Source: Acidimicrobiia bacterium (GTDB taxonomy: Bacteria > Actinomycetota > Acidimicrobiia > Acidimicrobiales > VFJN01). Taken from it: a stretch of 64,000 bases of DNA. Both the position numbers and the translations under genes were made by a program. The stretch is from NCBI GenBank assembly GCA_047459075.1, contig VSCH01000013.1, positions 3,874-67,873 on the forward strand, given 5' to 3'. Under the pieces are notes generated by a model. That model saw only the letters and a program-made list of their open reading frames with translations, searched no databases and had not been told where the DNA came from. Shown here in pieces: positions 18,765 to 28,164 of this stretch. How positions within the stretch are numbered: the stretch's first letter is position 1; each line of letters starts with the position of its first letter.

Positions 18765-19949
18765 GTGCGAGCAGTGACGTGGCAGGGCTTCGAGGACGTC
18801 CGGGTGGAGGCGCTGCCCGACCCCCGCATCGAGGAGCCCACCGACGCCATCGTCGAGGTCACCTCGACCGCGATCTGCGGCTCGGACCTCCACCTCTACC
18901 GGCCGCTCGCACCGTTCATGGAGCCGGGCGACGTCCTCGGCCACGAGGTGATGGGCCGGGTCGTCGCCGTCGGGTCCGAGGTCGAGCAGATCGCGCCCGG
19001 CGACCGCGTCGTCGTCCCGTTCAACATCTCCTGCGGTCGCTGCCACATGTGCGACCTGCAGCTCTACGCGCAGTGCGAGACGACCCAGGTCCGGGAGCAC
19101 CGCAAGGGGGCGGCGCTGTTCGGCTACACGAAGCTGTACGGGCACGTGCCGGGCGGCCAGGCCGACCTCGTGCGCGTGCCCCAGGCCCACTTCGGCCCGG
19201 TCAAGGTGCCCGAGGGGCCGCCCGACGACCGCTACCTCTTCCTGTCCGACGTGCTGCCCACGGCCTGGCAGGCGGTGGCGTACGCGGACGTGCCCCCCGG
19301 CGGCTCGCTGGCCGTGATCGGTCTCGGCCCCATCGGCCAGATGGCGTGCCGTGTCGCCCGGCACCGGGGGATCGAGAAGGTGCTCGGCGTCGACCTCGTG
19401 CCCGAGCGGCTGGGCATGGCCCAGCGCCACGGCGTCGAGACGGTCGACGCCGGTCAGGTCGACGACGTCCCCGAGGCGCTCCGGGCCCTGACCGGCGGGC
19501 GCGGGCCGGACGCCGTGATCGACGCGGTCGGGATGGAGGCCCACGGCGCCCCGGTCGCGGCCGCGATGCAGCGGGCGGCGTCGGTGCTGCCCCGCTCGGT
19601 CGGCGCCGCGCTCGCCATGCGGGCGGGCGTCGACCGGCTCGCCGCCCTGCGCACCGCCATCGACGCGGTCCGGCGGGGCGGCACGCTGTCGATCGTCGGC
19701 GTCTACGGCGGCGCCGCCGACCCCATCCCCATGCTGGAGCTGTTCGACAAGGGCGTGCAGGTCCGGCTGGGCCAGGCCCACGTGCGGCGGTGGGTGCCCG
19801 AGATCCTCCCGGTCCTCGAGCGGGACGACGACCCGCTGGGGCTGTCGGACTTCGTCACCCACCGGCTGCCGTTGGAGGAGGCGCCCCGCGCCTACGCCAT
19901 GTTCCAGGCCAAGGAGGACGGGGCGATCAAGGTGGTCCTCACGCCCTGA
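18765..19949 (+). CDS. Zn-dependent alcohol dehydrogenase (glutathione-independent formaldehyde dehydrogenase-like)
   Basis: TAICGSDLH, GHE, C-x2-C-x2-C-x7-C, LSDVLPT, GLGPIG, IDAVGMEA; GAGGAGG RBS. Confidence 0.93.
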   Translation: MRAVTWQGFEDVRVEALPDPRIEEPTDAIVEVTSTAICGSDLHLYRPLAPFMEPGDVLGHEVMGRVVAVGSEVEQIAPGDRVVVPFNISCGRCHMCDLQLYAQCETTQVREHRKGAALFGYTKLYGHVPGGQADLVRVPQAHFGPVKVPEGPPDDRYLFLSDVLPTAWQAVAYADVPPGGSLAVIGLGPIGQMACRVARHRGIEKVLGVDLVPERLGMAQRHGVETVDAGQVDDVPEALRALTGGRGPDAVIDAVGMEAHGAPVAAAMQRAASVLPRSVGAALAMRAGVDRLAALRTAIDAVRRGGTLSIVGVYGGAADPIPMLELFDKGVQVRLGQAHVRRWVPEILPVLERDDDPLGLSDFVTHRLPLEEAPRAYAMFQAKEDGAIKVVLTP

Positions 19950-20110
19950 CCGCCCGGCGCGGGTGGTCGACCACGATCCCCCGGGTGGTTCGGGGCGGCG
20001 GCGGGCGCGGACCGCCCCGTCTGTCCCTAGCCTGGGGGGACCGATCGCCGCCGCCCGACCTCGGCACTCGCCGGGGCCGGCGCGACCGTGAGCCCGAGAC
20101 GGAGGCAGGA

Positions 20111-20374
20111 ATGGTCACACCCCGCGACCCCGCACAGCGACGTTCCCTCGAGGTCGACCCGGGCGAGGAGGACGAGCCGGTGGTCCCGGAGCCCCTCGTC
20201 GACGAGCTCAGCGGCGATCCCGAGGTGCCCGAGGCCGACGCCCTGGAGCAGGCCGAGGAGGTCGCGCCCGGCTCCCGCGTCGTCGCGCTGCCCCGCGATC
20301 CCGAGGTGCCGGAGGCCGACGCCTGGGAGCAGTCCCTCGAGGTGCCCTACGACGACGACGAGGACATCGTCTGA
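20111..20374 (+). CDS. Small acidic hypothetical protein with duplicated DPEVPEADAxEQ motif
   Basis: 87 aa, GGAGG upstream, internal repeat. Confidence 0.7.
   Translation: MVTPRDPAQRRSLEVDPGEEDEPVVPEPLVDELSGDPEVPEADALEQAEEVAPGSRVVALPRDPEVPEADAWEQSLEVPYDDDEDIV
20214..20332 (+). repeat. Two imperfect 38-bp direct repeats inside the small acidic ORF
   Basis: gcgatcccgaggtgcc(c/g)gaggccgacgcc..ggagcag at 20214-20251 and 20295-20332. Confidence 0.85.
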
Positions 20375-20467
20375 CCTCCCGCCCCCGGTGACGCCGGCGG
20401 CGTGAGCCGCCGCTCGGCGGTCCCGCCGGGCCCGATGGCGCGCGCCCGGGTGCCGCGAGACCGGCGG

Positions 20468-20665
20468 TCAGGCCTCGTCGTGGCGGCGCCGCAGCCAGCG
20501 GGCGATGACGTCGCGCGGCGACGAGGGGTGGGCGCCGGCGCCCAGCGAGCGCGACCGGTCGGTGAAGCGCTGGACGAACACCGGGTCGTCGCGCTCGAGG
20601 CCGGCCTCGACGAGCTCCAGCATCGTGCGCTCCCAACGGGTGAGTCCGCCGTCCTCCTCCATCAC
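20468..20665 (-). CDS. DUF3040-like small protein
   Basis: LTRWERTMLELVEAGLERDDPVF pattern; lacks the usual TM tail. Confidence 0.65.
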   Translation of the reverse strand: MMEEDGGLTRWERTMLELVEAGLERDDPVFVQRFTDRSRSLGAGAHPSSPRDVIARWLRRRHDEA

Positions 20666-20818
20666 GCCGACCGCCTACCCCCTGGGGCCGCTCGCCATGC
20701 GCGCCGGGCGGTCCGCCGGCGGCGGGCGCCGGTGGGGTGCGGCCGCGGCGGCGAGGTCCCGGCGCCCCACCACCGGCCGGGGGGTCCGGGCGGCGGGGCG
20801 CCGGGGCGACCCGTCGGG

Positions 20819-21052
20819 TCAGCGGCGCCGCTGCTCGGTGGGGAGGCGGTCCGGGCGGTCCTCGTGCGACCGCTCGCCGAAGCGGCGCTCGGCCTCCTCG
20901 ACGTCGCCGCCCGTCTCCTCGAGCAGCTCGTCGACCACCTCCTCGTCGGCCGACACCTGCTGGCCCAACCAGTCGTCGACCGTGCTGTCGGGCGGTTCGA
21001 CGATCTCACCGTGCTCGTTGCGCTGCGCCTGGCGGCGGTCCTCTTCGCTCAT
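20819..21052 (-). CDS. Small acidic hypothetical protein
   Basis: MSEEDRRQ...PPDSTVDDWLGQQV...AERRF; coding-like codon usage. Confidence 0.7.
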   Translation of the reverse strand: MSEEDRRQAQRNEHGEIVEPPDSTVDDWLGQQVSADEEVVDELLEETGGDVEEAERRFGERSHEDRPDRLPTEQRRR

Positions 21053-21155
21053 GGGCGTCGGCTTCCCCGTGGCGGCGCGCCCACACATCTGCGCCCTCGT
21101 CGCCCGCCGGGTTGGGCCGGCCGGGACCGGGAAGCACCGGACCGGAGGTGATCGC

Positions 21156-21626
21156 ATGACCCGACGACCGACGTGGCTGGCCCGTGCGGAGCACGCGGTG
21201 GACGAGCGCACGGCCCCGCCGGCCGGCGAGCGCACGTTCGCCCGCGGGCGCGCCGCGACCCGGCGGGACCGCCGGACGCTCCGCCGCGAGCAGCAGGACG
21301 AGATGGCCCGGGCCTGGGGCGGCCTGGGCGTGCTGACCGACGCCCAGGTGAAGGGCGGGATCACCGGGCTCGTCGCCGGCGCGGTGATCGGGGCGCTGCT
21401 GTTCCTGCCCCTGGGTCTCGTGGGCTGGGCCGGGCTGGCGCTCGGCTGGCGCCTGCTGATCGCCGCGCTCTGCGGCGCCCTGGCGGGGGCGGCGGCCATG
21501 ATGGTCTACCTCGGCGGCCGCGAGCCCGAGCTCGAGGGCGAGACCCGCGACGTCGACGGCCCGTCGGTGGGGACGAGCCCCCGCGACGCCCGCACCGACG
21601 ACCGCGGGCGGCCCGAGACGGGCTGA
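21156..21626 (+). CDS. Hypothetical membrane protein (2 TM)
   Basis: GGAGG RBS; two hydrophobic helices; REPELEGE after TM. Confidence 0.7.
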   Translation: MTRRPTWLARAEHAVDERTAPPAGERTFARGRAATRRDRRTLRREQQDEMARAWGGLGVLTDAQVKGGITGLVAGAVIGALLFLPLGLVGWAGLALGWRLLIAALCGALAGAAAMMVYLGGREPELEGETRDVDGPSVGTSPRDARTDDRGRPETG

Positions 21627-21696
21627 GGACCCGCGCCCGGGCCACCGGGTCCGTCGCTCGGGCCCCGGGCGGGCGGTCGACGCGGGCGCCGGTCGC

Positions 21697-22404
21697 TCAG
21701 CCCGTCGCCGCGGCCGCCGCGTCCCGGGCCGCCGCCAGGGCCGCGGCCAGCCCGTCGGGGTCGGCGACGGTCACGGTGGCCGCGGGGTGGCGGATCAGGC
21801 CGGTCGGCATGATCGCCGGCACCGGCTCGTGGAACCGGATGCAGAGGCCGCCCTCCGTCGTCGTGGCGAAGGTGACGCCCCGGTCGGCGAGCGAGAGGTG
21901 CGGCGGCCCGGCGACCTTCCACCACTCGTAGGGGCCGGTGCGGGTCGTGCCCGCCACGTTGGCCACCGGCGTTCTCAGCGACCAGCGGCCGAAGCGGACG
22001 GTCAACCGCCCGCCGCGGACCTCGACCCCGCTGGTGTCCGGCGTGACGCCGGCGACCCGGGCGGCCAGCCGCATCCGGGCGTCGTCGAAGGCGAAGGCGA
22101 ACGTCGTCGGGTGCTCCTCGGAGGAGCTCCCCGCCGTCCCGGCCGCGGGCCGGGCCGCGGTGGCCGACCGCTCCTCGGCCCGGCGGCGCCGTCCCGTCCC
22201 CCGCCCGCGGGCCGACCGTGGCGTCGGCGGCCGTCGCGTGGGCTTGTCCTGGTCCTTCCCGGCGTGGTGGCCGGGGCGGTTCTCCGGTGGCACCGGTCCC
22301 GGGCCGCTGCCGCGCGGCGCCGGCGGCGTGCCGTCGGCCACGGCGGCGGCGTGGTTGGGGTCGGCCGGCGTGTGGCCGGAGCGGAAGACCTCAGGCGTCC
22401 CCAC
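21697..22404 (-). CDS. Hypothetical protein with conserved actinobacterial C-terminal domain
   Basis: RFGRW.LRTP..NV...GPY.WWK..GP.HLSLADRGVTFAT...GLCIRF. Confidence 0.75.
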   Translation of the reverse strand: MGTPEVFRSGHTPADPNHAAAVADGTPPAPRGSGPGPVPPENRPGHHAGKDQDKPTRRPPTPRSARGRGTGRRRRAEERSATAARPAAGTAGSSSEEHPTTFAFAFDDARMRLAARVAGVTPDTSGVEVRGGRLTVRFGRWSLRTPVANVAGTTRTGPYEWWKVAGPPHLSLADRGVTFATTTEGGLCIRFHEPVPAIMPTGLIRHPAATVTVADPDGLAAALAAARDAAAAATG

Positions 22405-22499
22405 GGTCGCCCCCCGGCCGGTCCTGGTCGTCTGGTGCAGTCATGGGTGGGGGCTACCCGCCCGGGCGTCGCCCCACCCGGCCGGATGCCGGGCGCCGG

Positions 22500-22760
22500 T
22501 CACGGGAGCCGGCCGACGCCCCGGTGGTCGGCGGCCACCGTGGGCGCCAGGTGGGTGAGCTGCCACCGGACGTCCGCCCCGCAGACCGGGCACCGCGGCG
22601 CCGTGGCGCCCCCGGCCATGGCCTGCAGCCGGCCCTCGCCCTCGCAGCCCTGGTGGTCGACCAGCTCCCAGGCCCCGGCCCCGGGGATCGCGTCCCCCGT
22701 GCCGACCCGCGTGCCGGCCCAGGCGATCTGGTGCGCGCCCCGGTCGATGCGTTCGACCAT
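22500..22760 (-). CDS. Small CxxC (zinc-ribbon/YjzC-like) protein
   Basis: GDAIPGAG.W...C...APRCPVCG...W; GGGTAC element 10 nt upstream. Confidence 0.65.
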   Translation of the reverse strand: MVERIDRGAHQIAWAGTRVGTGDAIPGAGAWELVDHQGCEGEGRLQAMAGGATAPRCPVCGADVRWQLTHLAPTVAADHRGVGRLP

Positions 22761-22959
22761 GCCCTCGCGGTACCCCGTGGCCGGCCCGGCGAGCCACGCC
22801 CGCGAAATCCCTCCGGAGCGCGTCACGAAGCGCGCGCCGCGCAGTCTTCTCTCGGGACGAGTGCCAGGAGGAGAGCAGGGTGGACCCGACCACGCGACCC
22901 GAGCGAACGGAGAGCCGGCGCCCGAGCACGCCGACCGTCGCGGCGACCCACGCGGCGCG

Positions 22960-23130
22960 ATGGGCGTGGTGACCGTCATCCTCGCCGCGTTCTTCGCCGG
23001 CGTCGGCGCCTCGCTCACGCTCGAGGTCGTCACCGACCCGGCCGCCCCCGACCGCCGCACGACCGGCGTGCTCGCGGCCCTGTCCCTGCTCGTGGCGGTG
23101 GTGACGCTGACCTCGCAGGCCTTCGGGTAG
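22960..23130 (+). CDS. Small 2-TM hypothetical protein
   Basis: Two hydrophobic helices; start uncertain (22861 or 22960). Confidence 0.5.
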   Translation: MGVVTVILAAFFAGVGASLTLEVVTDPAAPDRRTTGVLAALSLLVAVVTLTSQAFG

Positions 23131-23163
23131 GCGGCCGCCGGCCGGCCGGGCGTAGCCTCTGGC

Positions 23164-23463
23164 GTGGCCAGCGTCGAGGTCGCCGACGACGGCAGCGTCC
23201 TGCTCACCGTCCACGTCCAGCCGGGTGCCTCCCGCCCCGGGGTGGCCGGCACCCACGGCGACGCCCTGAAGGTCAAGGTGGCGGCACCGCCGGAGCGGGG
23301 CCGGGCCAACGCCGCCCTCGAGCGGCTCCTCGCCGAGGAGCTCGGCCTGCGGCCCGCGGACGTCGCGGTGGTCGCCGGGCACACGGGCCGCCGCAAGCGG
23401 GTGCGGCTGCGGGGCGCCGACCCGGGGCGGGTGCGGGCCTGGGTCGCCGCCCACGGCGGCTGA
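23164..23463 (+). CDS. DUF167 (YggU-like) protein
   Basis: VHVQPGASR, LKVKVAAPPERGRAN, GHTGRRK. Confidence 0.9.
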   Translation: MASVEVADDGSVLLTVHVQPGASRPGVAGTHGDALKVKVAAPPERGRANAALERLLAEELGLRPADVAVVAGHTGRRKRVRLRGADPGRVRAWVAAHGG

Positions 23464-23492
23464 CGGGGGCGCCGGCGGGCGGCGCCGGGCGC

Positions 23493-24488
23493 TCAGCTCG
23501 CGGTGGCCTCGGGCAGTTCGACCCGCGGGGCGCCCACGCACTTGGTGAGCGCCCGGCCCTGGCGGAACACGGACACCGGGCCGTCCTCGCTCACCACGAC
23601 GGCCAGGGCGTCGGGGTGGTCGTAGGTCCACCGGGCGGCCGAGCGGTGGCGCATCCCCTTGTCCTCGATCGCCACGGCCGCCTCGGCCTCGAGCGACCAG
23701 CGCAGGCCGACGCCGAGGTGGTGGATGGCGCCCCGGTGGTCCACGAGGGTGGCGAGGTCGGTCTGGGTGAGGGCCGCCAGCAGCGCCGGGTAGTGGTGGC
23801 GGTGGACGACCGACAGCTCGGGCGCGTCGACCGCGCGCTCGATGTCGAGGCCGTCGCGCACCCCGTCGACCGGCACGACGAACGTCGCCCCGACGCGGGA
23901 CGGGCTGAGCCAGTGCAGGGCCAGCTCGAGCAGCCCGCCGACCACCGGTCGGGGGATCGGCGGGAGGTGCGGGTCGAGCTTGCGCTGCTGGGCGGCGGCC
24001 GTCGCCCGGGCCGTCCAGCGGTAGCCGGACCACTCGATCGTGCGGGTGGAGGTGAACAGCCGGGTGGCGTGGAGCACCGGCGTGCGCTGGACGATGTAGA
24101 CGCCGGTGTCGGCCTGGATCTGGATCAGGTCGGCCTCGTACTGGACGCTGCGGCGGAACAGGGCCAGGCTCCGCCGGCCGTCGGGCTCGAGGACGAGGAA
24201 CGACGCCCGCCCGTCGGCGTAGCGGCGGGCGACGTCGAGCGGCTGGTCGTCGAGCGGGATGAGGTCGGCGAGGTCGCCCGCGGTCACGAGCGACCGGTCG
24301 CCGGGCACGATGATCGACCCGTAGACGGGGGTGCGGCGTTCGAACCGGGGCGGCCGGCGGGCGTAGCCGAGCTCGTCGAGGATGAGGGCGAGGATCGGGC
24401 CCTCGGCGTCGATCACCACCCCGTCGTCGTCGAGCTCGGACAGCAGTCGGCGGGAGGCCCGGCTGAGGTCCAGGGCTGCGTCCACCAC
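23493..24488 (-). CDS. Diadenylate cyclase (DisA_N/DAC) domain protein with unknown N-terminal domain
   Basis: GATFVV, TDLATLV (DGA variant), GMRHRSA, AVVVSEDGPVSVF. Confidence 0.82.
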   Translation of the reverse strand: MVDAALDLSRASRRLLSELDDDGVVIDAEGPILALILDELGYARRPPRFERRTPVYGSIIVPGDRSLVTAGDLADLIPLDDQPLDVARRYADGRASFLVLEPDGRRSLALFRRSVQYEADLIQIQADTGVYIVQRTPVLHATRLFTSTRTIEWSGYRWTARATAAAQQRKLDPHLPPIPRPVVGGLLELALHWLSPSRVGATFVVPVDGVRDGLDIERAVDAPELSVVHRHHYPALLAALTQTDLATLVDHRGAIHHLGVGLRWSLEAEAAVAIEDKGMRHRSAARWTYDHPDALAVVVSEDGPVSVFRQGRALTKCVGAPRVELPEATAS

Positions 24489-24625
24489 CTCACGATACGG
24501 GGGCGCGGGCGCATCGGCGCCCCCGCCGGCCCGCCCGCACCGGGCAGCGACGTTTGGCGTCCGCGACGCGGGGTCGCCGCACGTCCGCGTGCGGGCGCCC
24601 GGAACCGCCGAGACGGAGGAGACCC

Positions 24626-25831
24626 ATGGCGTTCAACCCCCTGGAGCAGCGAGGGATCCCCGTCGAGGAGCAGTTCCGGAGCTGGTCGGAGCTGTCGGTC
24701 GAGCCGCTGGACAAGCTCGGCGACCCCTACACGCGGTGCCGGGTGATCCTCATGAACGGCATCGAGGTCGAGTCGATCCTCTTCGCCCACCAGTTCGCCC
24801 GGGCGACCGACGACCTCGACATCCGGCGGGCGCTGGCGCTGGGCCGACGCATCGACCAGCAGCAGCGGGCCGTGGTCAACAACCTCAACCCCGGGGACCA
24901 GAGCCCGCTCGAGACGACCATCGGCTACGAGCAGGTCGCCGTCGACCTCACGGCCTGGCTGGCCCGGAACGAGCCCGACCCGGCCCTCAAGCAGGCGCTC
25001 GACTTCGCCCTGCTCGAGGACTTCGACCACCTCTACCGCTACGCCAACCTCTACGAGCTGATCGACGGCCGGGACGCGGCCGAGCTGACCGACTCGCTGA
25101 CCGAGATCATGCCCGGCCGCCCGACGGTGGTGGAGCACCGCCACCCCTACGACGACGTGCGGCCCCACTACGACACCCACACCGTCGACCCGCTGTCACG
25201 GCTCCACGTCATGACCATCGTGGCCGCCGAGCAGCAGACCATGAACTACTACCTGAACCACAGCGCCGAGCTCGTGGAGCCGGTGGCGCGGGACCTCTAC
25301 GTCGAGATCTCCCACATCGAGGAGCAGCACGTCACCCACTACGAGTCCCTGATCGACCCCCTCGACTCGTGGTTCGAGCAGCTCGTCTTCCACAAGTACG
25401 ACGAGGTCTACCTCTACTGGTCGATGCTGCAGCAGGAGGCCGACCCCCGCCTGAAGCGGATCTGGGAGCTGCACCTCGAGATGGAGATCGGCCAGCTGCA
25501 CGTCGCCTGCGACCTGCTGCGCCGCTACCAGGGCGTCGAGCCGGAGGAGATCCTGCCGCCGGAGCTGCCCGAGGTGCCGCTGACCTTCGAGACCAACAAG
25601 GAGTACGTCCGGTCGGTGCTGGCCGAGCAGGTCGACCTCCGGGCCGACGGCACCGGGTACCGGCCGCTCGACGAGCTGCCCGACGACCATCGCTACTTCG
25701 CCTTCCAGGGCATCGTGAACGAGGGCGGCACCCCGTCCGAGGCGGTGGTCGACGAGAACCGGGTGGTCGACGGCCGCGACTTCCGTGACGAGGTCGAGGG
25801 CCCGCACCCCGTGGCCGGCCTCCGGGCCTGA
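24626..25831 (+). CDS. Conserved ferritin-like (tandem four-helix) hypothetical protein
   Basis: Repeated carboxylate/His motifs: YEQVAVD, LLEDFDHLYRY, AAEQQT, IEEQHVTHYE, EIGQLH; GGAG RBS. Confidence 0.75.
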   Translation: MAFNPLEQRGIPVEEQFRSWSELSVEPLDKLGDPYTRCRVILMNGIEVESILFAHQFARATDDLDIRRALALGRRIDQQQRAVVNNLNPGDQSPLETTIGYEQVAVDLTAWLARNEPDPALKQALDFALLEDFDHLYRYANLYELIDGRDAAELTDSLTEIMPGRPTVVEHRHPYDDVRPHYDTHTVDPLSRLHVMTIVAAEQQTMNYYLNHSAELVEPVARDLYVEISHIEEQHVTHYESLIDPLDSWFEQLVFHKYDEVYLYWSMLQQEADPRLKRIWELHLEMEIGQLHVACDLLRRYQGVEPEEILPPELPEVPLTFETNKEYVRSVLAEQVDLRADGTGYRPLDELPDDHRYFAFQGIVNEGGTPSEAVVDENRVVDGRDFRDEVEGPHPVAGLRA

Positions 25832-25901
25832 CCGGCCGGGCCCCGCGCCCGCCCCGCCACCCCGTCCGAGCCCCACCCGCACGACCGAAGGAGCACCCCC
25901 G

Positions 25902-26597
25902 ATGACGATCCTCGTCCCCACCAAGGCGACGGGCGCCACCGCCAAGACCGCCGAGATGACCTACGTCGAGCCCGCCCAGCAGGTGACCGACGACGAGCTG
26001 GCCGCCGCCCTGCCCGACGCCGGCCTCGACATGGCCTTCGTCGCCGACTTCCTCAGCGCCGCCCTCACCCACGAGCGCTGCGGCCGCCACCTCTACCGGT
26101 CGGTCGCCGCCCGGACGAACAACCCCGTGCTGAAGCGCCGCTACGAGGAGCTCGGCCAGGAGACCGAGCGCCACGCCGAGATCCTCGAGGACCTGATCGC
26201 CGGCATGGGCGGCAACCCGAGCTACGTCAGCCCCGCCGCCCGCGGCGTCGAGGGCGCCGACACGAAGCTGGTCGAGAGCACCTCGCTGCTCGGCGGGTCG
26301 CTCGACGTGACGACCCGGGAGATGGTCATGCTCCAGGCCGTCTTCCTGGCCGAGTCCCTCGACCACGCGCACTGGCAGACCATCGCCGAGCTGGCCGACC
26401 ACCTGCCGGACGGTGACCTCAAGGACCGCTGGGCGCGGGCGGTCGGCGAGGTCGGGCCCGAGGAGGACGAGCACCTCGAGTGGGCCCGGGAGACCATGGG
26501 GAAGATGGTCATGCTCCAGGCCGCGAGCGGCACGATGGCCGCGGTCGGCGCCAAGGCCGAGGAGCTCGTCGAGACCGTGCGCGGCTGGTTCTCCTAG
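25902..26597 (+). CDS. Ferritin-like (DUF892-like) di-iron protein
   Basis: HERCG..LY, ETERH, AESLDH, EEDEH ligand pattern; AAGGAG RBS. Confidence 0.8.
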   Translation: MTILVPTKATGATAKTAEMTYVEPAQQVTDDELAAALPDAGLDMAFVADFLSAALTHERCGRHLYRSVAARTNNPVLKRRYEELGQETERHAEILEDLIAGMGGNPSYVSPAARGVEGADTKLVESTSLLGGSLDVTTREMVMLQAVFLAESLDHAHWQTIAELADHLPDGDLKDRWARAVGEVGPEEDEHLEWARETMGKMVMLQAASGTMAAVGAKAEELVETVRGWFS

Positions 26598-26616
26598 CCG
26601 CGCCCGCCGCCCCGGG

Positions 26617-28125
26617 TCAGACCAGGTAGCCGGCCTGGTGGGCGGCGATCATCGCCGCCGCCTCGGCGTAGGTCTCCGGGCCGTAGGTGCGGGGCGGCGG
26701 CATCGAGGCCCGCACCGCCTCGACCTCCTCGGCGGTCAGGTCGCAGGTGCCGGTGATGGGCTCGATGCCGTAGAGCCGGGCCGCGTTGACCCCGAAGATC
26801 TTCGCCTTCACCTCGTCGGTGAGGGCGGGGTAGCCGTGGCGCTCCTGCAGCTCCTCGCTGATCTGGAAGGTGCGCATGGCCTGGATCTGGTCCTGTGGCG
26901 TGCCGAACCAGATCGAGTCGGTGCCCCACAGCACCCGGTCCTCGCCGACGTGGCGCAGCAGCTTGCCGAGCACGTGGGCGGCGGCCGTCGGGTCGCGCAT
27001 GAGGAACCACCAGGTGCCGCCCAGCTCGGCGTAGACGTTCGAGTTGGGCTCCACCCCGGCGTCCTGGAGCGAGCGGATGAGCCGGTCGACGCCCTGGGGG
27101 TCCGGGTCGTCCGGGTCGTAGGGCCCCGTGCCCCCGCCGCCGGGCTCGAACCCCGAGTGGTAGACGACGAACGCGATGTCGGGGTTGCGGGCCGCCGCCG
27201 GGCCGATGTCGCGGGGGTCGGCCAGCTCGGGCGTCGAGCCGACGATCGAGCTGATGCCCTTGTGGGTGCAGATGATGGGCGGGCCGATCTCGCGCACGTG
27301 GTCGATGAACCGCTGCCCGATCTGCGGGCGATCGGGGTCGTGGTCGTCGAAGTAGAAGTGCGCGTCGGTCGGGGTCATCGTGTAGATCTTCCAGGCCGCG
27401 ATGTCGTAGCGCTCCCGCAGCTCGGTCATGCTGGCGAGCGCCGCCTCGATCGGGCCGTGGTGCGGGTAGGCGCCGCCGTGCATCAGCACCCGGCCGTCGC
27501 AGCCGAGCCGGGTGGCGACGTCGATGGCGAAGGCCATGTCGTCGGGCTGCAGGCCGGCCAGCGAGGCGGTCGGCAGCGCCGAGAGGATCGTCATCGACGT
27601 GTCGGAGCGGACGAACACCTCCCGGAAGTAGGCCTCCGCGGTGAAGCAGGCCTTGGCGCCGGCCGCGCCCCGGCCCTCCTCGCACCCCGACTGCGGGAAG
27701 GCCGCGGTCCACTCGCCGATGCCGGGGTCGGCGTCGTAGTTCACGTAGTGGGTCTGGACGTCGAAGATGAACTCCTCGCCGCCCAGCTCCTCGAGCGCCG
27801 TGGCGGTGTCGCGGGTGGCGTCCTCGGACACGTCGAAGGTGCCGCCCGGCCGCTCGCCGCGGCTGGCGGCCTCCTCCTTCGAGCAGGCGGCGAGCACGAA
27901 CAGCGTCGCCGCGGCGCCGGTGATGCTGCTCAGGAAGCGTCGCCGCGACATGTTGAGGCGACGGGCGTTCTCGTCGGCCAGGCGGTACGTGCGGCGGATG
28001 GCCTCGCGCACCACCGGGCCGTGGGGGATCGGGTGGAACTCGCCGTTGGAGACCGGTCCCAGCTTGATGGGCAGGCGGGGCTCGTCGTCCTCGTCCCCGC
28101 GGAGGATGTGACTCCAGTCACGCAC
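26617..28125 (-). CDS. Amidohydrolase-family protein with twin-arginine motif and lipobox
   Basis: SRRRFL...LAAC, FDVQTH, THKG, YHSG, NVYAELG, WGTDS, KIFGVNAARLY. Confidence 0.88.
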   Translation of the reverse strand: MRDWSHILRGDEDDEPRLPIKLGPVSNGEFHPIPHGPVVREAIRRTYRLADENARRLNMSRRRFLSSITGAAATLFVLAACSKEEAASRGERPGGTFDVSEDATRDTATALEELGGEEFIFDVQTHYVNYDADPGIGEWTAAFPQSGCEEGRGAAGAKACFTAEAYFREVFVRSDTSMTILSALPTASLAGLQPDDMAFAIDVATRLGCDGRVLMHGGAYPHHGPIEAALASMTELRERYDIAAWKIYTMTPTDAHFYFDDHDPDRPQIGQRFIDHVREIGPPIICTHKGISSIVGSTPELADPRDIGPAAARNPDIAFVVYHSGFEPGGGGTGPYDPDDPDPQGVDRLIRSLQDAGVEPNSNVYAELGGTWWFLMRDPTAAAHVLGKLLRHVGEDRVLWGTDSIWFGTPQDQIQAMRTFQISEELQERHGYPALTDEVKAKIFGVNAARLYGIEPITGTCDLTAEEVEAVRASMPPPRTYGPETYAEAAAMIAAHQAGYLV

Positions 28126-28164
28126 GGGACCAGTGAACCACCCCGGCGGGCGGCCTGCTCGGGC

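Noticed and set aside
25790-26597. Encapsulin cargo-loading peptides on the ferritin-like proteins
   Set aside because: C-termini (HPVAGLRA, VRGWFS) do not match the LxIGSL-type motif, and there is no encapsulin gene in the window
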